Shown here: positions 1-9,714 of the stretch, piece by piece
Position numbering within the stretch: position 1 is the first letter of the stretch
How the letters are laid out: each line of letters starts with the position of its first letter
Position numbers and translations under genes: made by a program
Virus record (IMG/VR): IMGVR_UViG_3300005512_000037
Span: 1 to 58,442 of that record
DNA from: a virus
Taxonomy: Duplodnaviria; Caudoviricetes
Strand: one strand, 5' to 3'
Length of the DNA stretch: 58,442 nucleotides
The notes under the pieces: model-generated
Told to the model about the DNA's origin: nothing
The model's database searches: none
The model's input: only the letters and a program-made list of their open reading frames with translations

Positions 1-1
1 T

Positions 2-244
2 GGCGTATTTACAGAGCCTCTTAATCATAACGCAAGTTTGATAGTAAATTGGATGATAAACAAAAATGAAGTAAACGACTTTATTGTTAACAAGGGTGAT
101 GCATTAATGTATGTTTATATTCCAGATCGTGTTAAATTTGTAAAACATAATGGTAAGCAAGGCTTAATAAAAACACGTTTTTCAAAACCAAAAAATTTGG
201 TAACAGATGAAGTAAAAAAGAAATGTCCAATGGTGGGGAAATGA
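2..244 (+). CDS. 5'-truncated hypothetical protein (C-terminal part)
   Basis: Frame is open from position 2 (GVFTEPLNHNASLIVNW...) to the stop at 244, which overlaps the next ATG (ATGA). Confidence 0.6.
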   Translation, partial: GVFTEPLNHNASLIVNWMINKNEVNDFIVNKGDALMYVYIPDRVKFVKHNGKQGLIKTRFSKPKNLVTDEVKKKCPMVGK

Positions 245-780
245 GACAAAATTGGCAGATGTGGTCAGGTGGCGTTAATCATGAAATAATTGATGCTATT
301 ATTTCAGAAGCAGGTGAAACTCAATACGCGTCTACTTTCAACGACAGTGGATCAGACGTTCGCACAAGTCGCGTATCTTGGCTAACAGATCATCCGTGGA
401 TACTTGATATGTTGTATCAGTATGCCGATCTAGCAAACCAAGCTGCTTTTCATACGAGCCTATATAAAAAGGCTGATATTCAGTTTACAGAATATCATGG
501 ATCAGAGGGGGGTCATTACTCGTGGCATCATGATATTGATTGGAACCGTAATGATGGCCTTGACCGCAAGCTGTCAATTACAGTCCAACTGTCAGACCCA
601 AGTGAATACGAAGGCGGCGACTTTGAATTTAGCGAAGTACTAAGCCCCGATCCACAACAGTCCAAGGCAAGAGGAACTGTTCTGATATTTCCAAGCTACC
701 TGCAACATGCAGTATCGCCAGTCACATCTGGTGTGCGCAAATCTTTGGTAGCATGGTTTGAGGGGCCAAAGTGGCGCTAA
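241..780 (+). CDS. 2OG-Fe(II) dioxygenase (PKHD/prolyl-hydroxylase-like)
   Basis: Contains R-T-S, Y-x-W-H-H-D, RKLSITVQLSDPSEYEGGDF, FPSYLQH-x-V-x-PVTSGVRKSLVAW. Start placed at ATG 241. Confidence 0.9.
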   Translation: MRQNWQMWSGGVNHEIIDAIISEAGETQYASTFNDSGSDVRTSRVSWLTDHPWILDMLYQYADLANQAAFHTSLYKKADIQFTEYHGSEGGHYSWHHDIDWNRNDGLDRKLSITVQLSDPSEYEGGDFEFSEVLSPDPQQSKARGTVLIFPSYLQHAVSPVTSGVRKSLVAWFEGPKWR

Positions 781-2582
781 TATATCAAATCAGCTTACAC
801 GGTTCTGCGTTCGATGCGCGTAACCTATCATGGGACGAGGCTATAGCCCAAAGCGGCTGTAAGCCCGACAGGGCATGGATAGACCCAATCCACAACAGAC
901 CATTGCTCAAGGGCGAGTTTGGTTGTTCAGTGAGCCACTTGGCAGTTTGGCAGAAAATAGTTCAATCGAACTTAAATGGCATAGTGTTAGAGGAAGATGT
1001 TGTCTTTGACTCTATCAATACTGGTCACGTCGATTCTCTGTTAGCTAGATATGACAGCGTATGGCTTGGGTATCGCTGGAACGATATGGGTTACTGGTAC
1101 AATTGCCATGCTTATGCAATCACACCAAATACAGCAAAGTACTTGATTGAAGGCTTTAAAGATAGCATTATTCCTGTGGATGAGTGGGTTCCAAGTAAGT
1201 TGCAGGGAAGAAATAATTACTTTTACAAAGATGAAGTAGTAAAGCAAATCCCACGAAATATTAGACCGTCTACAATAGAGGAGACAGAAATGCTAAAGGT
1301 GGGGTCAAAATTTAAAATTGTAACTGTTGCTACAGAGCCAGAAAAAATGTGGGCATTAGAGCAGTCTGCAAAAAAATATGGTGTGGAAGTACATAACTTA
1401 GGCAAAGACCATCCTTGGAGAGACCCTATGGATGGGCTTGCTGGGATGCCTAAAATACAATTGGTAAATGAATATTTAGCCACCTTGGATGGTGATGATA
1501 TTGTCTTATTTATGGATGGTTACGATACTTTCTTTGCAGATGATGCAAAGGAGGTTTTGTATAGATATGAACAGTTTGGTGCGGACATTGTGTTTGGCGC
1601 GGAGCGCGATCACTGGCCTTTGGTTGACGATGAGTTTATGCAAAACAAGTGGCCCGACACGGGAACTCCGTATAAGTATTTGAACAGCGGCCTTTATATT
1701 GGCACGGCTAAAGCACTCCACGCTTTCATTGCACAGGATGCGCCCAATAAGTCAGATAAGGACGATCAACTTTATTGTCAGTTGCGCTATCTAAAGACAT
1801 TGACCCCCGAACTAGTGGATAAGGGCTATCGCTTCCCTTACACGGTCAAGTTAGATGGTGAGGCTTATATTTTTCAAACACATGAACCGAATATTCGAGT
1901 TGTTAATGGGCAGTTGTGGAATGATGAAACTAAATGCTGTGGTTGCATTTATCACGGTAATGGTGGTGAGGATGCCAAAGAATTGTTCATAACAATGGCT
2001 AAAAAGTTTGACTTAATACCTGAAGCAGAAGTCGTTAGTCCATATTACTTGACCCTAGCTTATGAAGAGGTTGCTCCAGATATCTTGGTCACTGATTTTC
2101 TGTCTGATCGTCAGTGTGATTTCTTGATTCAGAAGTCTGAAAGCTACGGCAATTGGGGTCAGATGGAAGGTGACAAGTTTCCAGCTCAAGAGATACGCAT
2201 TCGAAAAATGGGTCTTTGGTATGAATATGAAAGATTATGGGCAGAAAAACTATCTAAAATCTGCGAACAATATTGGACGCCAGAAGCGTATGTGGGCCTG
2301 AGAGACGCATTTACTATGCGCTATTCTATAGATACGCAAAAAGACTTAGGTCTACATACAGACGCTTCACTGTTTACGGGTAGTGTAAAGCTAAACGAAA
2401 ACTATGCTGGCGCTGAATTAATATTCCCACGTCAAAACTTCTCTAACATTGACGTGCCAAGAGGAAAATGTATTCTATTCCCAGGGATGGTGACCCACGG
2501 TCACATGGTCAATGAGCTTCAGGATGGCATCAAGTACAGCCTGACAATGTGGACCAGTAGGTACAAGGGTGACCTTAACTAA
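771..2582 (+). CDS. Three-domain fusion: GT25 glycosyltransferase + PLOD/LH3-type glycosyltransferase + lysyl-hydroxylase-like 2OG-Fe(II) domain
   Basis: GT25 motifs GEFGCSVSH/VLEEDV/HAYAI/IPVDEW. PLOD-GT motifs LFMDGYD, IVFGAE, YKYLNSGLYIG, DDQ, HGNG. LH motifs RY-x4-Q-x2-L-x-LHTDAS, LN-x2-Y-x-G-x2-L-x-FPRQ, FPG-x2-THGH. Confidence 0.85.
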   Translation: MALIYQISLHGSAFDARNLSWDEAIAQSGCKPDRAWIDPIHNRPLLKGEFGCSVSHLAVWQKIVQSNLNGIVLEEDVVFDSINTGHVDSLLARYDSVWLGYRWNDMGYWYNCHAYAITPNTAKYLIEGFKDSIIPVDEWVPSKLQGRNNYFYKDEVVKQIPRNIRPSTIEETEMLKVGSKFKIVTVATEPEKMWALEQSAKKYGVEVHNLGKDHPWRDPMDGLAGMPKIQLVNEYLATLDGDDIVLFMDGYDTFFADDAKEVLYRYEQFGADIVFGAERDHWPLVDDEFMQNKWPDTGTPYKYLNSGLYIGTAKALHAFIAQDAPNKSDKDDQLYCQLRYLKTLTPELVDKGYRFPYTVKLDGEAYIFQTHEPNIRVVNGQLWNDETKCCGCIYHGNGGEDAKELFITMAKKFDLIPEAEVVSPYYLTLAYEEVAPDILVTDFLSDRQCDFLIQKSESYGNWGQMEGDKFPAQEIRIRKMGLWYEYERLWAEKLSKICEQYWTPEAYVGLRDAFTMRYSIDTQKDLGLHTDASLFTGSVKLNENYAGAELIFPRQNFSNIDVPRGKCILFPGMVTHGHMVNELQDGIKYSLTMWTSRYKGDLN

Positions 2583-2626
2583 AAAAGATGATATGTATGG
2601 GGTAATCTAGCAAAAAGGTCTTTCGA

Positions 2627-3784
2627 ATGCTTAGTAATACCCCCATTGCTGGCGCAGCCATTGCCTCAATAGGTAGAACTCAACACGTATTTAATGTTGT
2701 GAGTGGCACCTTCACCCTGAGCATGCAGGGTTCATCAAAGCTAATTACCAATGTAAAAGAAACGGGGGTATTTACCTATACTGGTCAGCCAGTAACGATC
2801 ACTAAGGCAATGAATGTTGACCTTGACTCTGGTTCTTTTGCAACGACATTTAACGATGCAACTCTGATAGAAGGCAAAAGATTTAGTGTAGACAGCGGCT
2901 CGTTTACTTACACGGGCCACGCCATTGAGAATCAGATAGCTGTAAGTATTCCTCTTGAGTCAGGCACATTTACAATAACTGGCAGAGATGCCGCAGTAAC
3001 CGCGCAGCTAAATATGGATGCTGACTCTGGTACGTTTACCTACACAGGGCAAACTATCAACAGGCAGCGGACTGAGGTAACTGAATCAGGAACCTTTACG
3101 CTTACAGGGCAAGATGTTGGTACACGCATAGCCTTAAATGAATCACTTGAGGCTGGTTCTTTTTTTATAACAGGGCGGGATATAACTAATGGTATAACAG
3201 AAGTTATAACATCTGGATCGTTCTCCTTTACTGGCAATGATGTTGATCTTGCAAAAGCAATGAATATTGCTGCCGATTCTGGTTCGTTCTCTGTAACAGG
3301 TCAGGATGCTACATTTACGATAGCGATGAATGTTGACTTAGAATCAGGTACATTTGTTCTAACTGGTCAGGATACATCTCAAAACATCACTGAAGTTATA
3401 GAAGCTGGTGTGTTCACGTATAGTGGTCAAGCTGTAGGTTTGACCAAAGACATGAGAGAAGATGTGGATGCAGGGTCATTCACTCTTACAGGCCAAGATG
3501 TTACCTTTACTATTGCTGTGAGTCTCCTTGTGGACAGCGGATCGTTTGCCCTCACGGGTCAAGATGCGGGTCTAATAGCTGACAAGAAGATCAGTCTTGA
3601 TGCGGGTTCATTTGTTCTTACGGGTCAGGATATATCGTTTAAACAGGGTGTGTTCTCTGGCAGCTTCCAGCTTGATATCGGCCTTGGAGGTGTAACAGTT
3701 TATGGTCAAATAATCCCAGATCAAAACCCAAATTATGCGGAAATAACAAATGCTGATGATCCTGGTTGGCAACTTGTTGCCTAA
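2627..3784 (+). CDS. Repeat-rich beta-structured putative virion protein
   Basis: Many ~19-20 aa repeats of (D/E)SG(S/T)FxxTG(Q/R)D; lies in the tail module. Confidence 0.6.
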   Translation: MLSNTPIAGAAIASIGRTQHVFNVVSGTFTLSMQGSSKLITNVKETGVFTYTGQPVTITKAMNVDLDSGSFATTFNDATLIEGKRFSVDSGSFTYTGHAIENQIAVSIPLESGTFTITGRDAAVTAQLNMDADSGTFTYTGQTINRQRTEVTESGTFTLTGQDVGTRIALNESLEAGSFFITGRDITNGITEVITSGSFSFTGNDVDLAKAMNIAADSGSFSVTGQDATFTIAMNVDLESGTFVLTGQDTSQNITEVIEAGVFTYSGQAVGLTKDMREDVDAGSFTLTGQDVTFTIAVSLLVDSGSFALTGQDAGLIADKKISLDAGSFVLTGQDISFKQGVFSGSFQLDIGLGGVTVYGQIIPDQNPNYAEITNADDPGWQLVA

Positions 3785-3851
3785 AACGCAAATTGCACGT
3801 ATACTTTGTGCAACTCAAATTAGTTCAATAGAACTTTAGAGAAGGTTTAAT

Positions 3852-5138
3852 ATGGCTTCTTATACAAATATCAATGGCGTTAAACTTATATCTACTGGTG
3901 ACGAAGCTGGTACTTGGGGAACAAGTACAAATACAAACCTTCAAATCTTAGATGCCGCCGCCAAAGGGTTTATAAAAATTACCATGACAGATGCAGACTA
4001 CACTCTGCCTCTGGACAACAACCCCTCGTCTGTAGAGAATGGTCATTACGCAGGTATTGAGTTTTTTGGTTCAAACTCTGCTGAACGGACCATTACACTC
4101 GAACAGAATGATCACGCACTTGTTTACATGTTCTTGAACAACTCAGGAGATGTTTTGAGAATTAAGCAGGGCGATGGTACAGGTGGTGGCGCTGCTAACG
4201 CGGGAACTATTACGATTGCAGATGGTGACAGCGCAATTGTTTTTGCCGATGGCGCAGGCACAAACGCCAAAGTGGTAGATATTACCGCAGTGATGCAGGT
4301 TGAGGCAGCTACTAAGCTAACAACTTCAAGAGACTTTTCTATTACTGGTGATATTACAGCGGCGGCTGTCTCGTTTGATGGCACAGGTAATGTTGCTCTT
4401 AGTTCTTCGATCACGGCTGGCTCTATTGTTGATGCAGACATCAACGCAAGCGCAGCAATTGCCGACACAAAGCTGGCTACAATCTCTACTGCAAGTAAGG
4501 TTTCAAACTCAGCTACAACTGCAACAGACGCGAATACCGCAAGCGCAATCGTAGCTCGTGACGCTAGTGGTGATTTTAGCGCAGGGACAATAACTGCAAG
4601 TCTGACTGGCAATGTAACGGGTAATGTCACAGGAGACTTAACTGGGGATGTGACTGGTGATGTCACTGGTAATGTTACTGGATCGTCTGGCTCAACAACA
4701 GGAAACGCTGCTACTGCAACAGCCTTACAGACTGCAAGAAATATCGCAGGTCAATCGTTTGATGGCACAGCTAACATAAGCATAGGCCCAACTGACCTGA
4801 CTGGAGTCACTGCGACTGCGAGTGAAATTAATATCTTAGATGGTGTCACTGCAACCACGACAGAGATCAACTACGTTGATGGCGTAACCTCAAGCATTCA
4901 GACTCAGCTTAATGCAAAAGCTGCATTGTCTGGAGCAAACTTTACTGGTGCTGTAGATGTTGACGCGGCTATGACGGCAAACAGCTTTGCCATTGATAAT
5001 GGATCGAACGATTGGACATTTGAAGTTTCATCTAACAAGTTGATTATTAAGTATGCTGGCACTGCCAAGATGGAACTTGATACATCAGGAAACTTAAAGG
5101 TCACTGGTGATGTGACTGCATTTGGGACAATTAGCTAA
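3852..5138 (+). CDS. Tail fibre-like virion protein
   Basis: N-terminal GDEAGTWGTSTNTNL, TGNV/TGDV repeats, ATALQTARNIAGQSFDGTANI fibre motif, C-terminal GNLKVTGDVTAFG. Confidence 0.75.
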   Translation: MASYTNINGVKLISTGDEAGTWGTSTNTNLQILDAAAKGFIKITMTDADYTLPLDNNPSSVENGHYAGIEFFGSNSAERTITLEQNDHALVYMFLNNSGDVLRIKQGDGTGGGAANAGTITIADGDSAIVFADGAGTNAKVVDITAVMQVEAATKLTTSRDFSITGDITAAAVSFDGTGNVALSSSITAGSIVDADINASAAIADTKLATISTASKVSNSATTATDANTASAIVARDASGDFSAGTITASLTGNVTGNVTGDLTGDVTGDVTGNVTGSSGSTTGNAATATALQTARNIAGQSFDGTANISIGPTDLTGVTATASEINILDGVTATTTEINYVDGVTSSIQTQLNAKAALSGANFTGAVDVDAAMTANSFAIDNGSNDWTFEVSSNKLIIKYAGTAKMELDTSGNLKVTGDVTAFGTIS

Positions 5139-5881
5139 TGGCTCTACCAGCTTCAGGCGTACTTTCTTTAGATGACATCCAAACAGAGTTTGGTGGAACT
5201 AATCCTATTGGTATGTCTGAATATTATCGTGGTGGTTCTTTTGTGACTGATAACAACACAAGTGTGCCTACTTCAGGTGAGATATCTGTTAGCGATTTCT
5301 ACAGCACTGTAAAAGCTAAAACTGTAATATATGAAGTTATTGGCGGCGGCGGCGGCGGTGCTGGTGGGGGCATTAGTGCAGGTGACGGTTCTGCTGGCAC
5401 TTCTAGTTCACTTAGTGGCTCTGGATTTACAACGATAACATCCACAGGTGGGTCTGGTGGTACAGCTAATCGCGGCTTTCCATTCCCAGACGGATCAAGT
5501 CCTGGTGATGATTCCTTCTATGGCGCTGGTGGTGCTGGTGGTACAAACTCAAGTGGCGCACAAAATGTCACTGATGGTCAGGCTCCTGCCGCAACGCATT
5601 ATGGTGCTGGCGGTGGGTCTGGTGGTACACAATTCCAAACAGGTACATCAGGGTACGGTGGTGGTGAGTCAACGCGCCAGAATGGTACTTTGTATCTTGT
5701 ATCAGGTACTGTCATTACTGTTACTATTGGTGGTGCTGGCTCTGGTGGAACACCTGGAACTGACAATGATTTTAATCCGCTGTCATCTGGTGGTGCAGGT
5801 GCAGGTGGATATGCTAAATTTACAGTTGATGGTGTAGATCAGGAATTTACATCTTCAGGAACATATACGGTCCCAGCGTGA
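5138..5881 (+). CDS. Glycine-rich tail fibre tip/adhesin
   Basis: MALPASGxLSLxDIxxEFGG N-terminus followed by glycine-rich loops; TAATG-coupled to the preceding fibre gene. Confidence 0.65.
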   Translation: MALPASGVLSLDDIQTEFGGTNPIGMSEYYRGGSFVTDNNTSVPTSGEISVSDFYSTVKAKTVIYEVIGGGGGGAGGGISAGDGSAGTSSSLSGSGFTTITSTGGSGGTANRGFPFPDGSSPGDDSFYGAGGAGGTNSSGAQNVTDGQAPAATHYGAGGGSGGTQFQTGTSGYGGGESTRQNGTLYLVSGTVITVTIGGAGSGGTPGTDNDFNPLSSGGAGAGGYAKFTVDGVDQEFTSSGTYTVPA

Positions 5882-5889
5882 GGTAAGTA

Positions 5890-8082
5890 ATGGCTTTCAC
5901 AGAGTTAAGATTCAAAGCTGGAATAAACAAAGAGATCACGCCGTATTCTGAAGAAAATGGCTGGGTTGATTGCGACAAGGTTCGATTCCGTTTTGGTTAT
6001 CCAGAGAAGCTAAATGGTTGGGAAAAGAATACAACAAACTCTTTCTTGGGGAAGGCACGTGGTCTTCATGAGTGGGTGGCATTAAGTGGCGAAGGCTTTC
6101 TAGGTCTTGGAACTCAGTTAAAGTACTACATAAAAGAAGGCGCGGGTTTCAATGATATCACGCCGATTAGATTAACCACAGGTGCAGGTGATGTAACTTT
6201 TTCTGCTACAAATGGTTCATCTACGATCACAGTGACAGATGTAAACCACGGTTCTGTTGTTAATGATTTCGTCACCTTTAGCGGTGCTGTTTCTTTGGGC
6301 GGCAATATTACCGCCGCAATATTGAACCAAGAATATCAGATAACAAATGTCGTAGATGGTAACACTTATGAGATAAGTGCGCGAACAGTAAGCACTATAT
6401 CTAGTATTACAGACGCAGGTGAGATTAACGATACACCTGTAAATGCAAACTCTAGCGATACTGGTAACGGTGGGTCCAGTGTGGTTGGTACATACCAACA
6501 AGGTACAGGTCTTAACTCTGCAGTTGCGGGTACAGGTTGGGGTGCTGGTCTATTCGGTGGTACAAACAACAGTGCCTTCCAGACGACAATAGCTGAAGAC
6601 CTAACAGACTCAGAAACTGATGTAGACGTTGCATCTGGTCAGGGTTCTAACTTTGCTACCGATGACACTATCCTTGTTGGAACAGAGATCATGACAGTTA
6701 GTTCTGTCTCTACTGATACATTAACGGTCACTCGTGGAACAAAAGGGACCACTGCTACAACTCACACAAACGGTGATAATGTATTCTTGCTGACTGGCAA
6801 TGCTGACTCTGCGAACAATTACAATGGTTGGGGTGAGGGCGTAGCAACTGGTACACAGACCTCCACTACAAACCTGCGCATTTGGTCGCATGATAATTTT
6901 GGTGAAGACCTCATTTTCAACGAAAGAAATGGTCAAGTATTCTATTGGGACAAAACAAACGGCGTAGAGACGCGTGGTGTAGAGCTATCCACTCTCTCAG
7001 GGACACCTCGCTCTGTGCCGCAAAAGGCAGCTCAAGTTCTGCTCTCAGATAGAGATAGGCACGTTATTGCGTTTGGGGCAGACGGCCTTGGCGGTCCATC
7101 TGATACTCAAGGTAATGGCACACAAGACCCCATGCTCATTAGGTTCTCAAGCCAAGAAAACCCTATTGATTGGTATCCTACAGACACAAATACAGCAGGT
7201 GACCTTCGCATCGATACTGGGTCAAAAATCATGCAAGCGGTTGAGACACGACAGCAAATCGCCGTGTTTACCGACACTGCTGTTTATGCCATGCAGTTTA
7301 TCGGCCCACCGTTTACATTTGGCATTAACTTAGTTTCATCGAACATCACAATCGCAAGCCCTCGTGCGGCTGTTGGTGTTAACGATATTGTGTATTGGAT
7401 GGGCAACGCAGAATTCTATACCTACTCTGGTGCAGTTCAAAGAATACCATGTACCGTACGTGATTACGTCTTTAATGACTTTAACAGTAGTCAGAGTGAA
7501 AAGGTTGTAGCAGGTTCCAATATTTCTTTTGCTGAAGTCTGGTGGTTCTATCCATCTGCCGACTCAGAAGAGAACGATAGATACGTTGTATATAACTATC
7601 AAGAAGGTATCTGGTACATTGGAACTCTTGATCGAACCTCATGGCTAGATCGTGGCATTGGTCAATTACCAATTGCAACAAGTAACGATAGTTATTTATT
7701 CAATCACGAGACTGGCGCAAAGGCTGATGGTCAGCCTATGACCTCTTATATCGAGTCTGGTGATATGGGCGTGTCTGACGGCAACAACTTTAGCTTTATA
7801 AGTCGCGTTATACCAGACTTAAACTTTAGAGAAACAAACGTAGATGATACCACTGTTGATTTTATCTTCAGTGCCAAGAACGCTCCAGGTCAGGTTGCTC
7901 AGTCTACTAATACTGATGTTGTGACAAAGACATCTAACATACCAGTGGATCAGTATACCAACCAGTATCAGACAAGACTTCGAGGACGCAGCTTTACATT
8001 CAAGGTGCAGTCTACAGACAAGGACGTTTTGTGGAGACTTGGTATTCCTCGTATTGATATCAGACAGGATGGTAGGAGATGA
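5890..8082 (+). CDS. Tail tubular/DNA-stabilisation (nozzle) protein, P22 gp10-like
   Basis: 730 aa. W-x-D-x-D-K-V-R-F-R start, IRFSSQE...AGDLR, GPPFTFG, EVWWFYPS...DRYVVYNY beta-propeller pattern, C-terminal WRLG-x-PR-x-D-x3-DGRR. Confidence 0.7.
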   Translation: MAFTELRFKAGINKEITPYSEENGWVDCDKVRFRFGYPEKLNGWEKNTTNSFLGKARGLHEWVALSGEGFLGLGTQLKYYIKEGAGFNDITPIRLTTGAGDVTFSATNGSSTITVTDVNHGSVVNDFVTFSGAVSLGGNITAAILNQEYQITNVVDGNTYEISARTVSTISSITDAGEINDTPVNANSSDTGNGGSSVVGTYQQGTGLNSAVAGTGWGAGLFGGTNNSAFQTTIAEDLTDSETDVDVASGQGSNFATDDTILVGTEIMTVSSVSTDTLTVTRGTKGTTATTHTNGDNVFLLTGNADSANNYNGWGEGVATGTQTSTTNLRIWSHDNFGEDLIFNERNGQVFYWDKTNGVETRGVELSTLSGTPRSVPQKAAQVLLSDRDRHVIAFGADGLGGPSDTQGNGTQDPMLIRFSSQENPIDWYPTDTNTAGDLRIDTGSKIMQAVETRQQIAVFTDTAVYAMQFIGPPFTFGINLVSSNITIASPRAAVGVNDIVYWMGNAEFYTYSGAVQRIPCTVRDYVFNDFNSSQSEKVVAGSNISFAEVWWFYPSADSEENDRYVVYNYQEGIWYIGTLDRTSWLDRGIGQLPIATSNDSYLFNHETGAKADGQPMTSYIESGDMGVSDGNNFSFISRVIPDLNFRETNVDDTTVDFIFSAKNAPGQVAQSTNTDVVTKTSNIPVDQYTNQYQTRLRGRSFTFKVQSTDKDVLWRLGIPRIDIRQDGRR

Positions 8083-8483
8083 GTTCAAGAAACCCAGTAC
8101 CATTCTTTCCTGTTGCCCCTCCTAACTACACACAGCAGTACATGGCAGAGGTCACACGAGCGTTCTCTGTATTTGCCGCACAGGTAAACAACCCTGCGAT
8201 TGCAAAACCTATTCTAATAAATGTACCAACTTCTTCTCAGTCAGGTGACGAAGTAGGCACAGTGTACGAAAGTAACACAATACTTAGGCTGAAATCTGCG
8301 ACTTCTGCAGACAACACAGTTGGAATGCCTCTACCTAGCTATACAGTAGCAACGCTTCCAGCAGTTGAGACAGGCACACTAATATACGTTTCCAATGGTG
8401 CTGCAGGTAGTCCTGTTGTTGCTTTTGGAGATGGAACTAATTGGCTGCGAGTTGACACTAGAGCCGCAGTATCAGCGACATAG
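8079..8483 (+). CDS. Putative tail needle/structural protein
   Basis: ATGA-coupled to the nozzle gene; LPSYTVATLP...G-x-LIYVSNG...DGTNW. Confidence 0.5.
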   Translation: MSSRNPVPFFPVAPPNYTQQYMAEVTRAFSVFAAQVNNPAIAKPILINVPTSSQSGDEVGTVYESNTILRLKSATSADNTVGMPLPSYTVATLPAVETGTLIYVSNGAAGSPVVAFGDGTNWLRVDTRAAVSAT

Positions 8484-8492
8484 GAGATATCA

Positions 8493-8708
8493 ATGGCAAG
8501 CACAATTATAGACGACTTCAAAGTATTTCCCAGACTTATGATGTTTGTGGTAACATTGTTAACATATCAAACCGTGCATTGGTTTATGACACTCGAAGAG
8601 CCAAGTGTTGCTCAGAGTGGTCTAGTATCAATTTGCATGGGCGCACTCACTGGCTGCTTCGGCATCTGGATGAATAAAGAAGCAAAGACGGATCGCGGAG
8701 TTAAGTGA
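8493..8708 (+). CDS. Small two-TM membrane protein (holin-like)
   Basis: GGAG RBS; two hydrophobic helices; close to the lysis genes. Confidence 0.55.
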   Translation: MASTIIDDFKVFPRLMMFVVTLLTYQTVHWFMTLEEPSVAQSGLVSICMGALTGCFGIWMNKEAKTDRGVK

Positions 8709-9328
8709 TGGCTGAGGAAAAAAAGGGCGGCATATTTAATAGCGGCTACAAAGACCTGAAAGATATGTTTGACGGCGGTGGCCCAGGTCGCAGCGGTGCT
8801 AGATTTTCTATCGGAGACACAGGGGCATACGATAGAGATAAAGATAACTATATATCTGAGGCAGAGTACGCTAGGGCCGAAAGAAATAATCCCAACTACA
8901 GGGACACACAAGGTGGCATAGCCGCTCTTTCTAATTTTATGGGAGCAAGACCTCGCGGCTCTTACGGTGCGGAAAGAGGGCTTGGTCCAAGGGGAACTAA
9001 CATTGGTACATCGGGTATTGCAAACTACGTTGCAGGTGGCGGCATGTTTGGCCCCCTATTGGGTGGTGGCCCTACTAGATTTCAACAAGCATACCCAGGA
9101 ATGGATCAGGGTATGATGTTCACAATGCAAAACTTGATAAACTCTGGAATGACACCAGAGCAGGCTAGAGAATATATAGGGGCTTCAAACACAGGTGGTT
9201 ACATCCCAAGACCCGTGCTTCCACCACCAACGCCACCTCAAAATGTCGTTGGCTACAACATGGGCGGCTTGATGGCACTACGTGACTACAACATGGGCAT
9301 GCAGATGGGCATGGGGCAGTCGGTATGA
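8705..9328 (+). CDS. Hypothetical glycine-rich protein
   Basis: Coupled ORF; one EF-hand-like loop (DRDKDNYISEAE). Confidence 0.55.
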   Translation: MMAEEKKGGIFNSGYKDLKDMFDGGGPGRSGARFSIGDTGAYDRDKDNYISEAEYARAERNNPNYRDTQGGIAALSNFMGARPRGSYGAERGLGPRGTNIGTSGIANYVAGGGMFGPLLGGGPTRFQQAYPGMDQGMMFTMQNLINSGMTPEQAREYIGASNTGGYIPRPVLPPPTPPQNVVGYNMGGLMALRDYNMGMQMGMGQSV

Positions 9329-9714
9329 TACAAGCACTTATTGGTCCACTAACTGAATTAGCTGGTGGCTGGCTCAAGGGCAAAGCAGATGCACAAGCTG
9401 CTGCTGCTAATCTCAAGCTAGTCGAGGCGGAAGCCAAAGCAACGATCATGAAGTCTGCGGCTACATCGGAAGCGGATTGGGAAAAGATCATGGCCCAAGG
9501 GTCGCAAACGAGTTGGAAAGACGAATGGCTGACAATTTTATTTTCGATTCCCCTGATCCTATCATTTTGCGGAGAGTGGGGGCGTAAGACCGTAGAGGAC
9601 GGTTTTGCGGCATTGCAGGGTATGCCTGAGTGGTATCAATACACGGTTGGCGTGATCGTGGCTGCGAGCTTCGGCATTCGGTCTGCAACTAAATTCTTTG
9701 GAGGAAAGAAATGA
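9325..9714 (+). CDS. Holin (3-TM, GTA-type)
   Basis: SWKDEW...P...LQGMPEWY...VAASFG-x-R; directly upstream of the endolysin. Confidence 0.75.
   Translation: MIQALIGPLTELAGGWLKGKADAQAAAANLKLVEAEAKATIMKSAATSEADWEKIMAQGSQTSWKDEWLTILFSIPLILSFCGEWGRKTVEDGFAALQGMPEWYQYTVGVIVAASFGIRSATKFFGGKK

Noticed and set aside
1-24. Perfect circular join of the window end to the window start
   Set aside because: The ORF from 58284 read into position 1 stops after 7 codons, while the open frame at the start is frame 2. No terminal overlap is visible.
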